Positions 13,793-26,105 of a stretch of 64,000 nucleotides of DNA are shown here, in pieces (the first letter of the stretch is position 1; each line of letters opens with the position of its first letter). The notes under the pieces were generated by a model, which worked only from the letters and a program-made list of their open reading frames with translations, did no database searches and was not told the origin of the DNA. The stretch lies in assembly GCF_006345805.1 (NCBI RefSeq), contig NW_021832035.1, positions 1-64,000 of the forward strand. The letters run 5' to 3'. The position numbers and the translations under genes are program-made. Source of the DNA: Octopus sinensis. Lineage: Eukaryota.

Positions 13793-13919
13793 TGGTGTAT
13801 AAAGTATCAGCTATAAAGAGTGTGTCACTTGTCTCAGACATTTTTAAAACTACTACAATGATATTTGGTACTAAATTGACGTTAACGAGTTATCTGACAC
13901 AACTTGTTAAGGCTGTCTT

Positions 13920-14510
13920 TCCACTCCTCCTCCTCTTGCTCTCCTCCTCCTCCTCTTCTATCTCCCTTCTTCTTATTCTTCTTCTTCTTCTTCTTCTTCT
14001 TATTTCTTCTTCTTCGCCTTCTTCTTCTTATTCTTCTCCTTCTTCTTCTTCTTCGCCTTCTTCTTCTTCTTCCTCCTTCTTCTTCTTCTTCTTCGCCTTT
14101 TTCTTCTTCTTCACCTTCTTCTTCTTCTTCTTCGCCTTTTTCTTCTTCTTCACCTTCTTCTTCTTCTTCTTCTTTTTCTTCTTCTTCTTCTTCTTCTTCG
14201 CCTTCTTCTTCGTCTTCTTCGCCTTCTTCTTCGTCTTCTTCGCCTTCTTCTTCGTCTTCTTCACCTTCTTCTTCTTCTTCTTCTTCTCCTTCTTCTTCTT
14301 TTTCTTCGTCTTCTTCGCCTTCTTCTCCTTCTTCTTTTTCTTCTTCTCCTTCTTCTTCTCCTTCTTCTCCTTCTTCTTCTTCTCCTCCTTCTTCTTCTTC
14401 TCCTCCTTCTTCTTCTTCTTCTTCTTCTTCTTCTTTCTTGTGTCCTCTCCTTCTTCTTCTTCTTTCTTGTGTCCTCTCCTTCTTCTTCTTCTTGCTTGTG
14501 TCCTCTTCCC
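13920..14510. repeat. (CTT)n polypyrimidine triplet array with CGC/CAC/CTC variants
   Basis: Direct reading. Confidence 0.95.
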
Positions 14511-14648
14511 TACATCCAAAATAACTTACCTATCAATCTGCAAGAAGTGGAACGATATCTTCGACAACAACTACATCAAAAACAAAAAATAAATGAACAA
14601 ATACCTCACTAACAACAATGTCAACGGTAGAGCAACGACATTAGCAAC

Positions 14649-15487
14649 TGGCATTCTGTCAGTTACGACGACGAGGGTTCCAGACGATCCAATCAACGGA
14701 ACAGCCTGCTTGCGAAATTATAACGTACGAGTGGCTGAGCACTCCACAGACACGTATACTCTTCATCATCATCATTGTTCGACCGTGGTCGAGACAATGG
14801 AATTTACTATGTTACGCCAGACTTCACGGTCCATCATAGCATTTCGGAGGTCCTGTTGCTGGATGCCTGTATCCCTGGAGATTACATCAGGGTAGGAGAG
14901 TGTGCGCCCTCTGGTATTGCAAGCAGATGGCTTCCAGAGGAGAAAGTAGAAATTACCTCGGTTTTCAGCTCTACAACAATGTCCAGCAAACTGGACTCTT
15001 CTACCTTTCACAAGAGATGACACAGGTGGTAATTTCCCATATATTTGTACTTTGGTTGGATGACGCTTCCACGAGAGATTTTGAGCTCTCATAAGGAGGC
15101 GTGTGTAAGTTCCATCCAACCGCCTCTCAAGCTTCTTTGATAACGTTCAGGTTTCTGAGCCATATAGTAGAATTGATTCGACTGTGGCTTTCAAGATTTT
15201 AAGTTTGAAATCTCTACTTAGATGTGATGACCAGATCTTATGCATATCACTGCAGACTGACTCTTAGTGTAGTTCTGTACTTAGAGTAGTTCTCAGGAAG
15301 ATTCAACGTGATATAGAATGTAGCAAGGCTGGCCCTCTCAATTACAGGTAGAATTCATTTTTGCTAGCCGAGTGAACTGGAGCAACGTGAATAAAGAGTC
15401 TTGCTCAAGGACACAACGAGCCGCCAGGAATCGAACTCACGACCTTACAATTTTGAGCCGAATATTTTAACCACGACGCCATCCGCC
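14649..15487 (-). mobile_element. SINE family C (CCTTGAGCAAGAC core), split by an RTE insertion
   Basis: Head and core at 15350-15487; tail pieces 15260-15350 and 14649-14763 match the tail of 19860-20048. Confidence 0.75.
14764..15259 (-). mobile_element. RTE-clade LINE, 5'-truncated 3' end with (TGA)n tail
   Basis: MHKIWSSHL..ATVESILLYGSET*TLSKKLERRLDGTYTRLL..RRVQFAGHC..AMMDREVWR; candidate 6 bp TSD ACTCTT at 14758-14763 and 15260-15265. Confidence 0.85.
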
Positions 15488-15619
15488 TTTAATGTTGACA
15501 ACAGCGTCAGTGCAGGCGCAATGGCCCAGTGGTTAGGGCAGCGGACTCGCGGTCGTAAGAACGCGATTTCGATTCTCAAACCGGGCATTGTGAGTGTGTA
15601 TTTATATTCGTGTAACATC

Positions 15620-15900
15620 GACTGCTTTTCCGTCCTTGTTTCGTATAAATTCGATGCTTTTTTTCCAAGGAATCTAATGCTCTTAGCTTAGTTTTTCTTT
15701 GGGGCTGGCCAGATTGGAGTAATCTCAAGAATAATCAGCCGAAATTGCGAGGATGATCCAGTTCTTGACTGAAGATAAAAGGCTTCGAATGACCCGTCCG
15801 TGTTTTTTTGTATCGTCTATCTGGATGTTTTGTTGTCCCTTTTTGTATCACCTAGTTGTCCGGATGTTTTGCGTTCTTGTCCCATTTTGTATTTTATTTT
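15620..15900 (+). repeat. Dispersed repeat with AT-rich tail (also at 16715-16930 and 23225-23360)
   Basis: Shared GGGGCTGGCCAGATTG..AAGAATAATCAGC.GAAATTGC..TCTTGACTGANGA..GAATG.CCCG. Confidence 0.7.
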
Positions 15901-15950
15901 ATATATATACATACACGTAAAAACACGCGCAATATCGCACGCATTTCGCT

Positions 15951-16215
15951 TTTGCCGAACCGCTAAGCTACGGGGACATAAACACACCAGCATCGGTTGT
16001 CAAGTGTTGGCAGGGGGACAAATGCAGTCACACAAATACGTATATATATATACGACAGGACTCTTTCAGTTTCCGTCTACCAAATCCACTCACAAGGCTT
16101 TGGTCAGCCCAAGGCTAAAGTAGAAGACGTTTACCCAAGGTGCCACGTAGTGGGACTGAACCCGGAACCATGTGATTGAGAAGCAAGCTTCTTACCGCAC
16201 AGCTACACCTACGCC
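15951..16215 (-). mobile_element. SINE family A, partial
   Basis: Head and body match. Confidence 0.85.
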
Positions 16216-16437
16216 TATATATGGACATTCCTACATACATTTATTACACGTATTATGCCATCGAAGTGGGAGACATCTTGACAAGAAAAAAACTTGATGT
16301 TTTATTGATTAATGAGTTCAAATCCCAATGGAATTGATTTCAGGCCAATGTGAACAGAAATAGTCATGGCCATCCACATTTAAAGTACACTTCCACAAAT
16401 ATCGATCCATCACCTATATACACTTTTCACAAGCGAA

Positions 16438-16475
<38 letters not shown>

Positions 16476-16934
16476 ATATCTATCTATCTATCTATCTATC
16501 TATCTACCTATCTATCTATCTATCTATCTATCTATCTGTATATATATATATACATACATACATACATACATACATACATACATACATACATAACATACAT
16601 ACATACATACATACATACATACATACATACATACATACATACATACATACATACATACATACATGCATGCATACATACATACGTATATATATATATTAAT
16701 TCAATGCGTCCTTAGTCGAAAGACACCTGTTGTTATGCTCTGTTATTATTTTTATTGTATTTATATGTGTAACATTGTTTTTTTTTGTATACACTCACTG
16801 CTTTCTTCCAAGGAATATAATGCTCTTAGCTTAGTTTTTCCTTGGGGCTGGCCAGATTGAAGCAATCTCAAGAATAATCAGCTGAAATTGCTAGGATAAT
16901 CTGGTGCTTGACTGAGGAAAGAAAACTTCGAATG

Positions 16935-17235
16935 ACCCGCTACGTTCTAAGTTCAAATTCCGCCGAGATCGACTTTGCCTTTCATCCTTTCGGGGTCGAT
17001 TAAATAAGAACCAGTTACGCACTGGGGTCGATATAATCGACTTAATCCGTTTGTCTGTCCTTGTTTGTCCTCTCTGTGTTTAGCCCCTTGTGGGTAGTAA
17101 AGAAATAGGTATTTCGTTCGGCTTTACGTTCTGAGTTCAAACTCCACCGAGGTCGACTTTGCCTTTCGTCCTCTGGGGGGGGGGTCGATAAAATAAATAC
17201 AAGTTGAGCATTGGCGACGACGTAATCGATTTAAC
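16935..17235 (+). mobile_element. SINE family B, tandem
   Basis: Two cores, junction GAAATAGGTATTTCG at ~17103. Confidence 0.85.
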
Positions 17236-17362
17236 TACTCCTGGAAATAAGTATATTTAATTTTTAAAAAAGTATATCTAACTAAAAAACTACATTCTTC
17301 TGCCAAGCTATCTCGAGCCAATGTGGCAGTGTGGGCTCATTAGAGCAGTATTGATGAGTGGA

Positions 17363-17720
17363 GTCGCAATGGCCCAATGGTTAGGGCAGCGGACTCGCGG
17401 TTTCGATTCCCAGACCGGGCGTTGTGTGTGTTTATTGAGCGAAAACACCTAAAGCTCCACGAGGCTCTGGCAGAGGGTGGTGGCGATCCCTGTTGTACTC
17501 TTTCGCCCCAACTTTCTCTCACTCTTTCTTCCTGTTTCTTGTCCCCGAATTCCTACGCAACCGCTGAGCCTGGATGCGTATTCATCCATCCGTCGATGCT
17601 CTCGGTGTCGAGGGTTGACCTGTTTTCTCTTCTGCGGGTCTTGCGAATAGCAAAGGACCACGTTTCGGACTTGTCCCACTCTGGGACGAAGACCGCTACG
17701 CTCAACAGTATTGATCTCAA
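17363..17720 (+). mobile_element. SINE family D with tail type i
   Basis: Head GCAATGGCCCAATGGTTAGGGCAGCGGACTCGCGG; tail ..GGGACGAAGACCGCTACGCTCAACAG; homologous to 46255-46635. Confidence 0.85.
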
Positions 17721-18096
17721 ACTCAAATTAACATCAGACCGTGAAGACGACATGCTGAAGCTCTCGTCCTACAGTGGATTGAACATGAGCAATCCAATCC
17801 CAATCGATTATGTCTGACTTGAGGTTAAACAAAAATAATAACAGCAACTACGAATTATGATGTTATATATAGAGGAAGAAAAAACTTCTTATTCTCTTCT
17901 ATGAGTTCTGACAACTGTCAAAGTCTGTCTGTTGAAATGTTTCCAGTTTCTTAACAGACTTGCTTGTTTGCTAGGAAACATGATTCATTTTCTAACGGAT
18001 CGAGTTTACTTCTCTCAAACCATATGGTTATTTTTGAGGTCTATGTCAAAATCGCCTCTGATTAAGTAAGATCTATGAGTGGAAGTGTTTAAATTA

Positions 18097-18664
18097 CTCT
18101 TTTACCCTTTTACTTCATTCAGTCATTTGATTGCGGCCATGCTGGAGCACCGCCTTTAGTCCGAGCAAATCGGCTCCAGGACTTATTCTTTGTAAGCCTA
18201 GTACTTCTTCTATTGGTCTCTTTTGCCGAACCGCTAAGTTAGAGGAATGTAAACACACCAGCATCAGTTGTCAAGCGATGTTGGGGGGACAAACACAGAC
18301 ACACACACATATAATATATATATGTATACATATATGCGACGAGCTTCATATATGTATATACATATATACACACACACACACGCACACACACACACATATA
18401 TATATTTGACTATTTATTAAATTTTATGTATTGATTAAGTCTTTCCTTGTTTGTTTTGCAAAATAGTGGTTTTGTCTCAAATAATATTTTATATATATAT
18501 ATATATATATACGGCATATATACGTCTACCAAATCCACTTACAAGGCTTTGGTCGGCCCGAGGCTATAGTAGAAGACACTTGCCCAAGGTGCCGCGCAGT
18601 GGGACTGAACGCGGAACCATGTGGTTGGTAAGCAAGCTACTTACCACACAGCCACTCCTGCGCC
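18097..18664 (-). mobile_element. SINE family A containing a Penelope-like tail fragment (18406-18490) in its microsatellite
   Basis: Family A head and tail; the insert matches 49097-49170. Confidence 0.85.
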
Positions 18665-18794
18665 TTGTTTATCATTATCTTTTTAAGACAGTATTATATA
18701 ATCTGAGAGAGCTTTGGTCGCTATATTTAGCAGATCAAGCGACAACGTAGAAACTCACTTGCTGGCTCTCACAATAAAGTAGGTAAGAAATCGC

Positions 18795-19140
18795 TGGATT
18801 GCTTAGCGGTATTTCGTCTGCCGCTACGTTCTGAGTTCAAATTCCGCCGAGGTCGACTTTGCCTTTCATTCTTTCGGGGTCGATTAAATAAGTACCAGTT
18901 ACGCACTGGGGTCGATATAATCGACTTAATACCTATGTCTGTCCCTGTTTGTCTCCTCTGTGTTTAGCCCCTTGTGGGTAGTAAAGAAATAGGTATTTCG
19001 TCTGTTTTTACGTTCAGAGTTCAAACTCCGCCGAGGTCGACTTTGCCTTTCATCCTTTCGGGGTCGATAAGTACCAGTTGCATACTGGTGTCGATCTAAT
19101 CGACTGGCTCCCTCGCCCAATATTTCAGACCTTGTGCTTT
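18795..19140 (+). mobile_element. SINE family B, tandem
   Basis: Junction GAAATAGGTATTTCGTC at ~18990. Confidence 0.85.
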
Positions 19141-19657
19141 GAGTAGAAATGATTATTATTATAGTTTTTGTTGTTGTTGTTGTTGTTGCTGTTGTTGTTG
19201 TTGCTGTTGTTGCTGCTGCTGCTGCTGCCGCCGTTGTCATCATCGTCGCTGCTGTTGTACTGTTTTCCCTCGTTCGGATGTGCTCCTGACTTCATGTTTT
19301 TTTTTGGGGGGGGGGGTTAACCAACAGCTTAAGAATAGTTTTCTTTGGTGAATCCTTCTGGAACATTCTGGACATCTCACATCAAGGAAGATATAAGTTT
19401 GCGAGTTTTAGACATTTTCTCAAGGAAATTTATTTAGTCTACGTTGTACTTAAGATGGCTTCTCGACAGGAAAAAAATAATAAATAAATAACGACGCCCA
19501 ACAAATAAATGTAAATGAACGAAACGACACAGAAAATAAATAAGGAAAAAATGCAAATCAAAATATCGTTAGAGATTCAAATATCAATTTTCTAGTTTTC
19601 TCTCCTGGTAAGATGGTCGACCTGTCACATTCTAAATTAACTCATTATGTATGTTAA

Positions 19658-20048
19658 GTGGAGGCATAATGGCCCAGGGGTTAGGGCAGCGGACTCGCGG
19701 TCATAGGATCGCGGTTTCGATTCCCAGACCGGGCATTGTGAGTGTTTATTGAGCGAAAACACCTAAAAAAGCTCCACGAAGCTCCGGCAGGGGATGGTGG
19801 TGATCCCTGCTGTACTCTTTCACCACAACTTTCTCTCACTCTTACTTCCTGTTTCTGTTGTACCTGTATTTCAAGGGGCCGGCCTTGTCACTCTCTGTGT
19901 CACGCTGAATATCCCCGAGAACTACGTTAAGGGTGCACGTGTCTGTGGAGTGCTCAGCCACTTTACATGTTAATTTCACGAGCAGGCTGTTCCATTGATT
20001 CGGATCAACCGGAACCCTCATCGTCGTAACCGACGGAGTGCTTCCATG
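19658..20048 (+). mobile_element. SINE family D with tail type ii
   Basis: Family D head; tail ..GTGTCTGTGGAGTGCTCAGCCAC..CGTCGTAACCGACGGAGTGC. Confidence 0.85.
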
Positions 20049-20351
20049 TATGTTAAATACGTAATTATGTAAAGGATGCTGTTTTTATTCTATTGGAAGA
20101 GGTGTCGAGAACAAATGATGAATTATATCTTTCATCTTTAATCTTATATTAGTTTCAATCATAAGACTGCGGCCATGCTGAGGCACCACTTTGAAGAATT
20201 TTAGTCGAACGTATCGACCTCAGTACTTGAATTTTTAAAAGGCTTGGTACTTATTCCATCGGTCTTTTTTGCCGAACCGCTAACACACCGATATCGGTTG
20301 TCAAGTGATGATGGGGGACAAACACAGATCACACATACACACACATACACA

Positions 20352-20740
20352 GGCGTCCCCAAAGTCCATCCCCTCTTCACTGTGGGGGGGGGACGCTGGC
20401 AACGGGTAGTGTCAGAGCTATGCCATCGGGAACTTCGGTTCCTGGTAGGGCCACCCAAGGCAGATTGGTCTGACACCGAGTGGTATTAGGGCCACAACCC
20501 GGCAGACGGGGCTCTGGTGAAAATCCTCGGAGTGTCTGTTTCGGCAACCGGCGGCTCCTCGGTCGTTCTGTCCCTGCGTCTGCAGACAATCTGCGGCAAA
20601 CAGGATGTCTCTACATGCGGGATTGTTGGGGACCGCTTGTGAAATCATCATATTCCCACGAAACTTCTTCCATGAGTAGAAGAAGCCGACTCAACCCGCC
20701 CAGGGTGAATGTCGCCACAAGTGCAAGTAACTACACATAC
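20352..20740 (+). mobile_element. RTE-like 5'UTR or non-autonomous derivative
   Basis: GC-rich and structured; GAGCTATGCC..CCTGGTAGGGCCACCCAAGGCAGA resembles RTE-clade 5'UTR motifs (recalled, not searched); starts right after the (CA)n of a family A SINE. Confidence 0.5.
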
Positions 20741-22142
20741 ACAGTGGCATATATGCGACAGAAATGTAAAATTCACGTTTTTTTCTGCTGTTTACTGTTG
20801 TGCGTACGTGTTTGTATGTGTAAGATGAAAGACTTTAAAAAAGCTTTAACCGCATGACTACCTAAGTGAAAGAGGGAAAAACTACCAATAGGAAATGAGT
20901 ATGAAAATTTCAAACTTCAAAATTGTTGGGTATGGAAGAGTGCAATAATATAAATGTAGTAAAATTGGAAGTGTCTCTCAGTGGTTTAAGTTTGAAATAG
21001 AAATAGGGATTGTGGTTGCTTCTGGTAAATAGTTTAAGAATTGATCCATTCTGCTAGATGAAAGAGATACTGAAAGATAACCTTTGATCGTATCAAAGAG
21101 TTTGTCGGTATAAAATTTAGTGAAATCTAAAACATCTAACAGCAAATTAAAACTAAATGGAGAAATACATAGAGTGTGTAATTGCTTCTGGTTAGTAGAT
21201 AAGTATCGATCCCTTCAGCGTGGTAGCATAATTTTCCAGTATCGCAGTAGATACTTATCGAAGTGGTGACATTTAGTGAAGGTTTCTGAACTGACGTTTA
21301 GACCGCAAATTTATTAAGGGTTTTCTCAACTATACATAACTTGGAAATGTTCCGATTTTATATGGTTTTCATATCGCGATAATCTTTCGCTTTATGTTGA
21401 AATACAGAACATGTTCTTTCAAACAACAGGTACATTTGGACTGCTGCTTTTTTCACACTTCTTTTTACTTGATTTTTAAAAGAATACTATTGCTGAAGTA
21501 TCTTTATTTAAATCTTATTTTCCACAACATCTACAATGTGTTTACTCCCGATATTAGAATTTGATCTGGTATATCAAACTGATTTCTGCTTCATGTATAA
21601 TCGCTTCAACTTTGCATGACTAGTTAGAGAGGGGAATATGCTTGTGTCAGCACAAATGACATTGGTTAATTTCGCAGCCTTATATGTTATGACGTTACCA
21701 TGTTCATAGTACAGCCATAACTTATTTAATGTTGCTTCTATTGAAAAGATAGTTTGCATCAGTGGTTGGTTGGGAAATGCTTATTTATTAAAGCCAAAAA
21801 TTTTCTAGTAATATACGAAAGAACATTTATGGAAAAAGAACTATGCGAACCAGATGATGTTGTGGCATCGCTTCTTGCTGTAGGATGGTGAGACGGTTGG
21901 GAATATATGTAATCTTAAGTTTGAATGTCCATAACCCCCAGCAGCTAACAGATTGAAATTTTTCAATTATTTGCAGGTGCAATTGCATTCTTTGTAGCTC
22001 ATTCTGCAGTGGATATACCTCACCTCATTATATTTCATAACAATACACTCTTTGACATTTAACTTTCCATGCTCATTTCGATTCTACCAAAATAGTAAAT
22101 ACTAAACTATTTACCAGGAACAAGCACATTCCAGTTATTTTC

Positions 22143-22530
22143 CTCTTTTACTCTTTTACTTGTTTCAGTCATTTGACTGCGGCCATGCTGGAGCACCGCC
22201 TTTAGTCGAGCAAATCGACCCCGGGACTTATTCTTTGTAAGCCCAGTACTTATTCTATCGGTCTCTTTTGCCGAACCGCTAAGTGACGGGGACGTAAACA
22301 CACCAGCATCGGTTGTCAAGCAATGCTAGGGGGACAAACACACACACACAAACACACAAACACACACACACAAACACACAAACACACACACACACACATA
22401 TATATATACATATACGACAGGCTTCTTTCAGTTTCCGTCTACCAAATCTACTCACAAGGCATTGGTCGACCCGGGGCTATAGCAGAAGACACTTGCCCAA
22501 GATACCACGCAGTGGGACTGAACCCGCAAC
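22143..22530 (-). mobile_element. SINE family A, head-truncated
   Basis: Body and tail match. Confidence 0.85.
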
Positions 22531-22714
22531 CATCTTCAGATTTTTAATATATCAATATGTAAATTTTTAATTCTCTCACTGTGTGTGTGTGTGTGTGTGT
22601 AATTCGATTGAACGGATTATAAATGGCTGGTATGTAATTGTATATTAGTATTTTTGTATTTGTTTTTGCATTTTGTATGTAAATAACATCCTGATGAGGG
22701 GAGTGTCAATTTTG

Positions 22715-22941
22715 ATAATATGAAATCGACGAATCACTATCCGTGAGTTATCAGAGGATGTACAGATTAGTTATGGTTCAGTTCAGTCCATTATCACTGA
22801 ACATTTGGGTGAGACGTGTGTCTGCCAAGTTTGGGCCAAAATTGCTTTCAGCTGAAGAAAGAAAAAAAAGACGCTCGGGTTCAGTTGCACAAGATCTTCT
22901 TGATTGTGTGAGAAGATGAAAACTTTTTGGAAACTCTGCGT
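22715..22941 (+). pseudogene. mariner transposase internal fragment
   Basis: NRRITIRELSEDVQISYGSVQSIITEHLG..RVSAKFGPKLLSAE..ENFLETL. Confidence 0.8.
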
Positions 22942-23210
22942 AGGCGTCTGACCAGGCATCGCCAAGCTTTTGGCAAAATTTGATGCAAATTCTCTGCTTA
23001 ACTTACATTGTCAGGGTTAATGCGACGATCACACGCTACACACCTTCCTTCATAGCACTGCTGTAAACAACGAAAGTGAGCTAGAACGTTAAAAATTGGT
23101 GCGCATGCACAGCAGCGTTCAAGGTCAATCTGTGCCAAGCAGCTTCACTCTGTGTGCTTTAGCTTCGTTACTTTGGCAACAGTCCGGACACTTATTGATC
23201 AGACCACGTA
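22936..23210 (-). mobile_element. mariner 5' end (TIR plus transposase start)
   Basis: TA-CGTGGTCTGATCAATAAGT terminus; QRICIKFCQKLGD. Confidence 0.8.
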
Positions 23211-24688
23211 TATATATATATATAATCAGCCGCAATGCTAAGATGATCTGGTTCTTGACTGATGACTGAGGGCTTTAGAATGTCCCGTCATGGTTCTTGT
23301 GTCGTCACTGTGGTGTTTCATGTTCTTGTCCATGTTGTAATTATTTTACATGTTTAATATATATATATATATATAATATACACCACACATATATATATAC
23401 ACACACACATATATATATATATAATACATATACATGTATATATATTAATACATACACTCACACTACATATATACATATACATCTATGTACATACTTACAT
23501 ACATACCACACACACACACATATATGTATATATATATATATACACACAGATATATATAAATATATATATATATTATATATATATAATATATATATATATA
23601 TATTATATACATATATAAATACGTCACCCCCCGCTATATATATAATACGTATATATATATACAATATTTACGTATATATGTATATATATGTACATATATA
23701 TAAATATATGTACACGTACATATATATATATATCTATATATAAAATATATATATATATATATATATCTATATATATATAATATAATATATATGCATTATA
23801 TATGCGTGTGTGCGCGTGCGCATACGCGGAAACTTTGTGACATAAAAGTCGTATGCACAAAATGAAACGAAACAGTGATAAAAACACCTTCGTCTCCTTC
23901 CAAGAAAGTGCAGTTTAACTGTTAAGATACAAATCTGGCGACACCACTGCGATCATATTGCAAATAAAGTCATCTCGAGGTTCGCTATTGATTTGCCGTC
24001 TGTCGCTCGCCCTCCCACCTTCCTTCTTCCTCTCTTTCCACCTAATTTGTCTGTCTGTCGCCTTCTTTCTCCATACGTATGTGTGCGCGCGTGTATGTAT
24101 GTATGTGCGTATATTTGTGCGTGTGTTTGCGTGTATAGTATTGATTCTTGTTTTTCTTTTGTTGCGTATGCATAAAGTGTCAAATTTATAGTTATGTAGA
24201 GGGGGGGAGTGGGAATAGTAGAAGAATGCCGCGCGAAGAACATCCCCTTTTCGCAGCAGATGCATTAGTGACTGACGTAAGAAGTGAATTAGTACTAAGT
24301 GGATTTCGAAACCAGGTCGCTGATTTCGGTTTCGCCGGCAATTTATCGTCACAAAGAGAGAGAGAGAGAGAGAAAGAAAGAATATATATATATATATTTA
24401 CATACCTATAGACACACACACATATATGAATGTATACATATATGAATGTATACATACACATATATTTTAATAATTACTGGTATCTTTATATATTGATATA
24501 TCTTATATGTAAAGCATAATATGTTATACATGTATGTATATTCTTTTAATTGTCAGTTTAGTAAATAAATAAATAAGTTGACATAATATAATGTCTAAAA
24601 GTTGATGAACCACCTATTGATCCCCTCCATTTTCTTATTGCTCTACATACACACATATATATACGCATGCATATACACAGATACACAG

Positions 24689-24719
<31 letters not shown>

Positions 24720-24847
24720 TACGCATACACACACAGAAATACACACACATATACACGAGTTGAAAAGGGCATTTATTACATCCAGTAGGAGTTAATATAT
24801 ATATTATTTAAAACAGTTTGATACGGTTCTCTCTCTCTCCCTCGACG

Positions 24848-24884
<37 letters not shown>

Positions 24885-24900
24885 ATATATATATTACATA

Positions 24901-25199
24901 AAAATACAAGAGGGAATTTTACCACTATGTGGAAACTCTTATGCTAGAAGATCCGCTATGGTCTTAACCACCAAGAATTGTTCTCCGGGAAATTTAGAAC
25001 AATTCTTAGTGGTTAAGACCATAGCGGATCTTCTTCTAGCAGAAGGGTTTCCACATAGTGGTTAAAAATTTCCCTCTTATATTTATGTATGAAATACTAT
25101 TTACTGAATCTCAGTTTTTTTATATGCTAGACCACTGGTGTTAAAATTGATGTTATCAAATTAATATCAATTTTTCACTCTCATTTTGATTTTTATATG

Positions 25200-25200
<1 letters not shown>
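24901..25200. mobile_element. Fold-back element in (TA)n
   Basis: Inverted arms 24908-24984 and 24996-25078, 11 nt spacer. Confidence 0.7.
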
Positions 25201-25291
<91 letters not shown>

Positions 25292-25735
25292 CATATGTAT
25301 AGATTATACATGCATGCATACATAGCTATGGGCACGCGTGTTAGTTTGCCTGGTTGAGTCTGTGCTTAAGTTCGCGCGATAAAGTGCGTATATTAAATAT
25401 AGACATTACTGTGTGTTAATGTGTGAGACTGTAAGTGGAAAGCAATATTTCGAAGAGAGAGAGACAGAGAGACAGAGAGAGACAGACAGACAGGCAGACA
25501 ATGACAGAGACAGAGAGAAAGAGAAGAGAAAAGGAAGTGTGAGAGGCTGAAACCACAAGTGTTGCTATGTATGTATATTTTACAGGTAGTCACATCATTG
25601 TCACCTGGCGGATGGCGAATGAAGTTCACCTGTCTTACAATTCGAAGATATATACTTGTGTGGGTGTACGGAGTCAGTGCTTGTATCTATATTTGCGTAT
25701 ATCTGTATACACAGTTATACACGCGCATAAACATA

Positions 25736-25766
<31 letters not shown>

Positions 25767-25876
25767 GTGTGTGTGTGTGTGTGTGTATGTGTGTGTACTG
25801 GGTATAAGTAAGTATAGTATCTGCATCTATTATGCTTACATAGAAACACGCAAGCTCACGCGCGTGAGCACAGGCA

Positions 25877-25928
<52 letters not shown>

Positions 25929-26067
25929 TGGAGTAAGCAGATAAATGTGAAAACAGGTGGAAAAAAGAGTACTCAAATACCAGAAGTAGAGTAATATGCT
26001 TTATTAAAAGCAGCAGAAAATTCAAAAAGCTGTTACTCGGAGTTTCACGTTCCCGATTTTAACAAAA

Positions 26068-26105
26068 CTGTCCGACGAACGGGAACGTGAAACTCCGAGT
26101 AACAC
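26068..26105 (+). ncRNA. Minimal type I hammerhead-like motif, U4C variant
   Basis: CTGT-CCGACGA-ACG GGAA CGT-GAAAC-TCCGA-GTA-ACA; lies in inverted repeat 25999-26138. Confidence 0.5.

Noticed and set aside
15510-15600. tRNA-like sequence GGCGCAATGGCCCAGTGGTTAGGGCAGCGGACTCGCGG
   Set aside because: It is the SINE D head; no complete cloverleaf, and it continues into SINE body.
15765-15800. CTGANGA..CGAATGACCCGTC in a three-copy repeat (also ~16910 and ~23258)
   Set aside because: GAAT instead of GAAA, no stable helix II or helix I; not enough to call a ribozyme.
22688-22760. CTGATGA..GAAA..GGATG candidate hammerhead
   Set aside because: The downstream part is mariner coding sequence (NRRITIRELSE) and the geometry is wrong.
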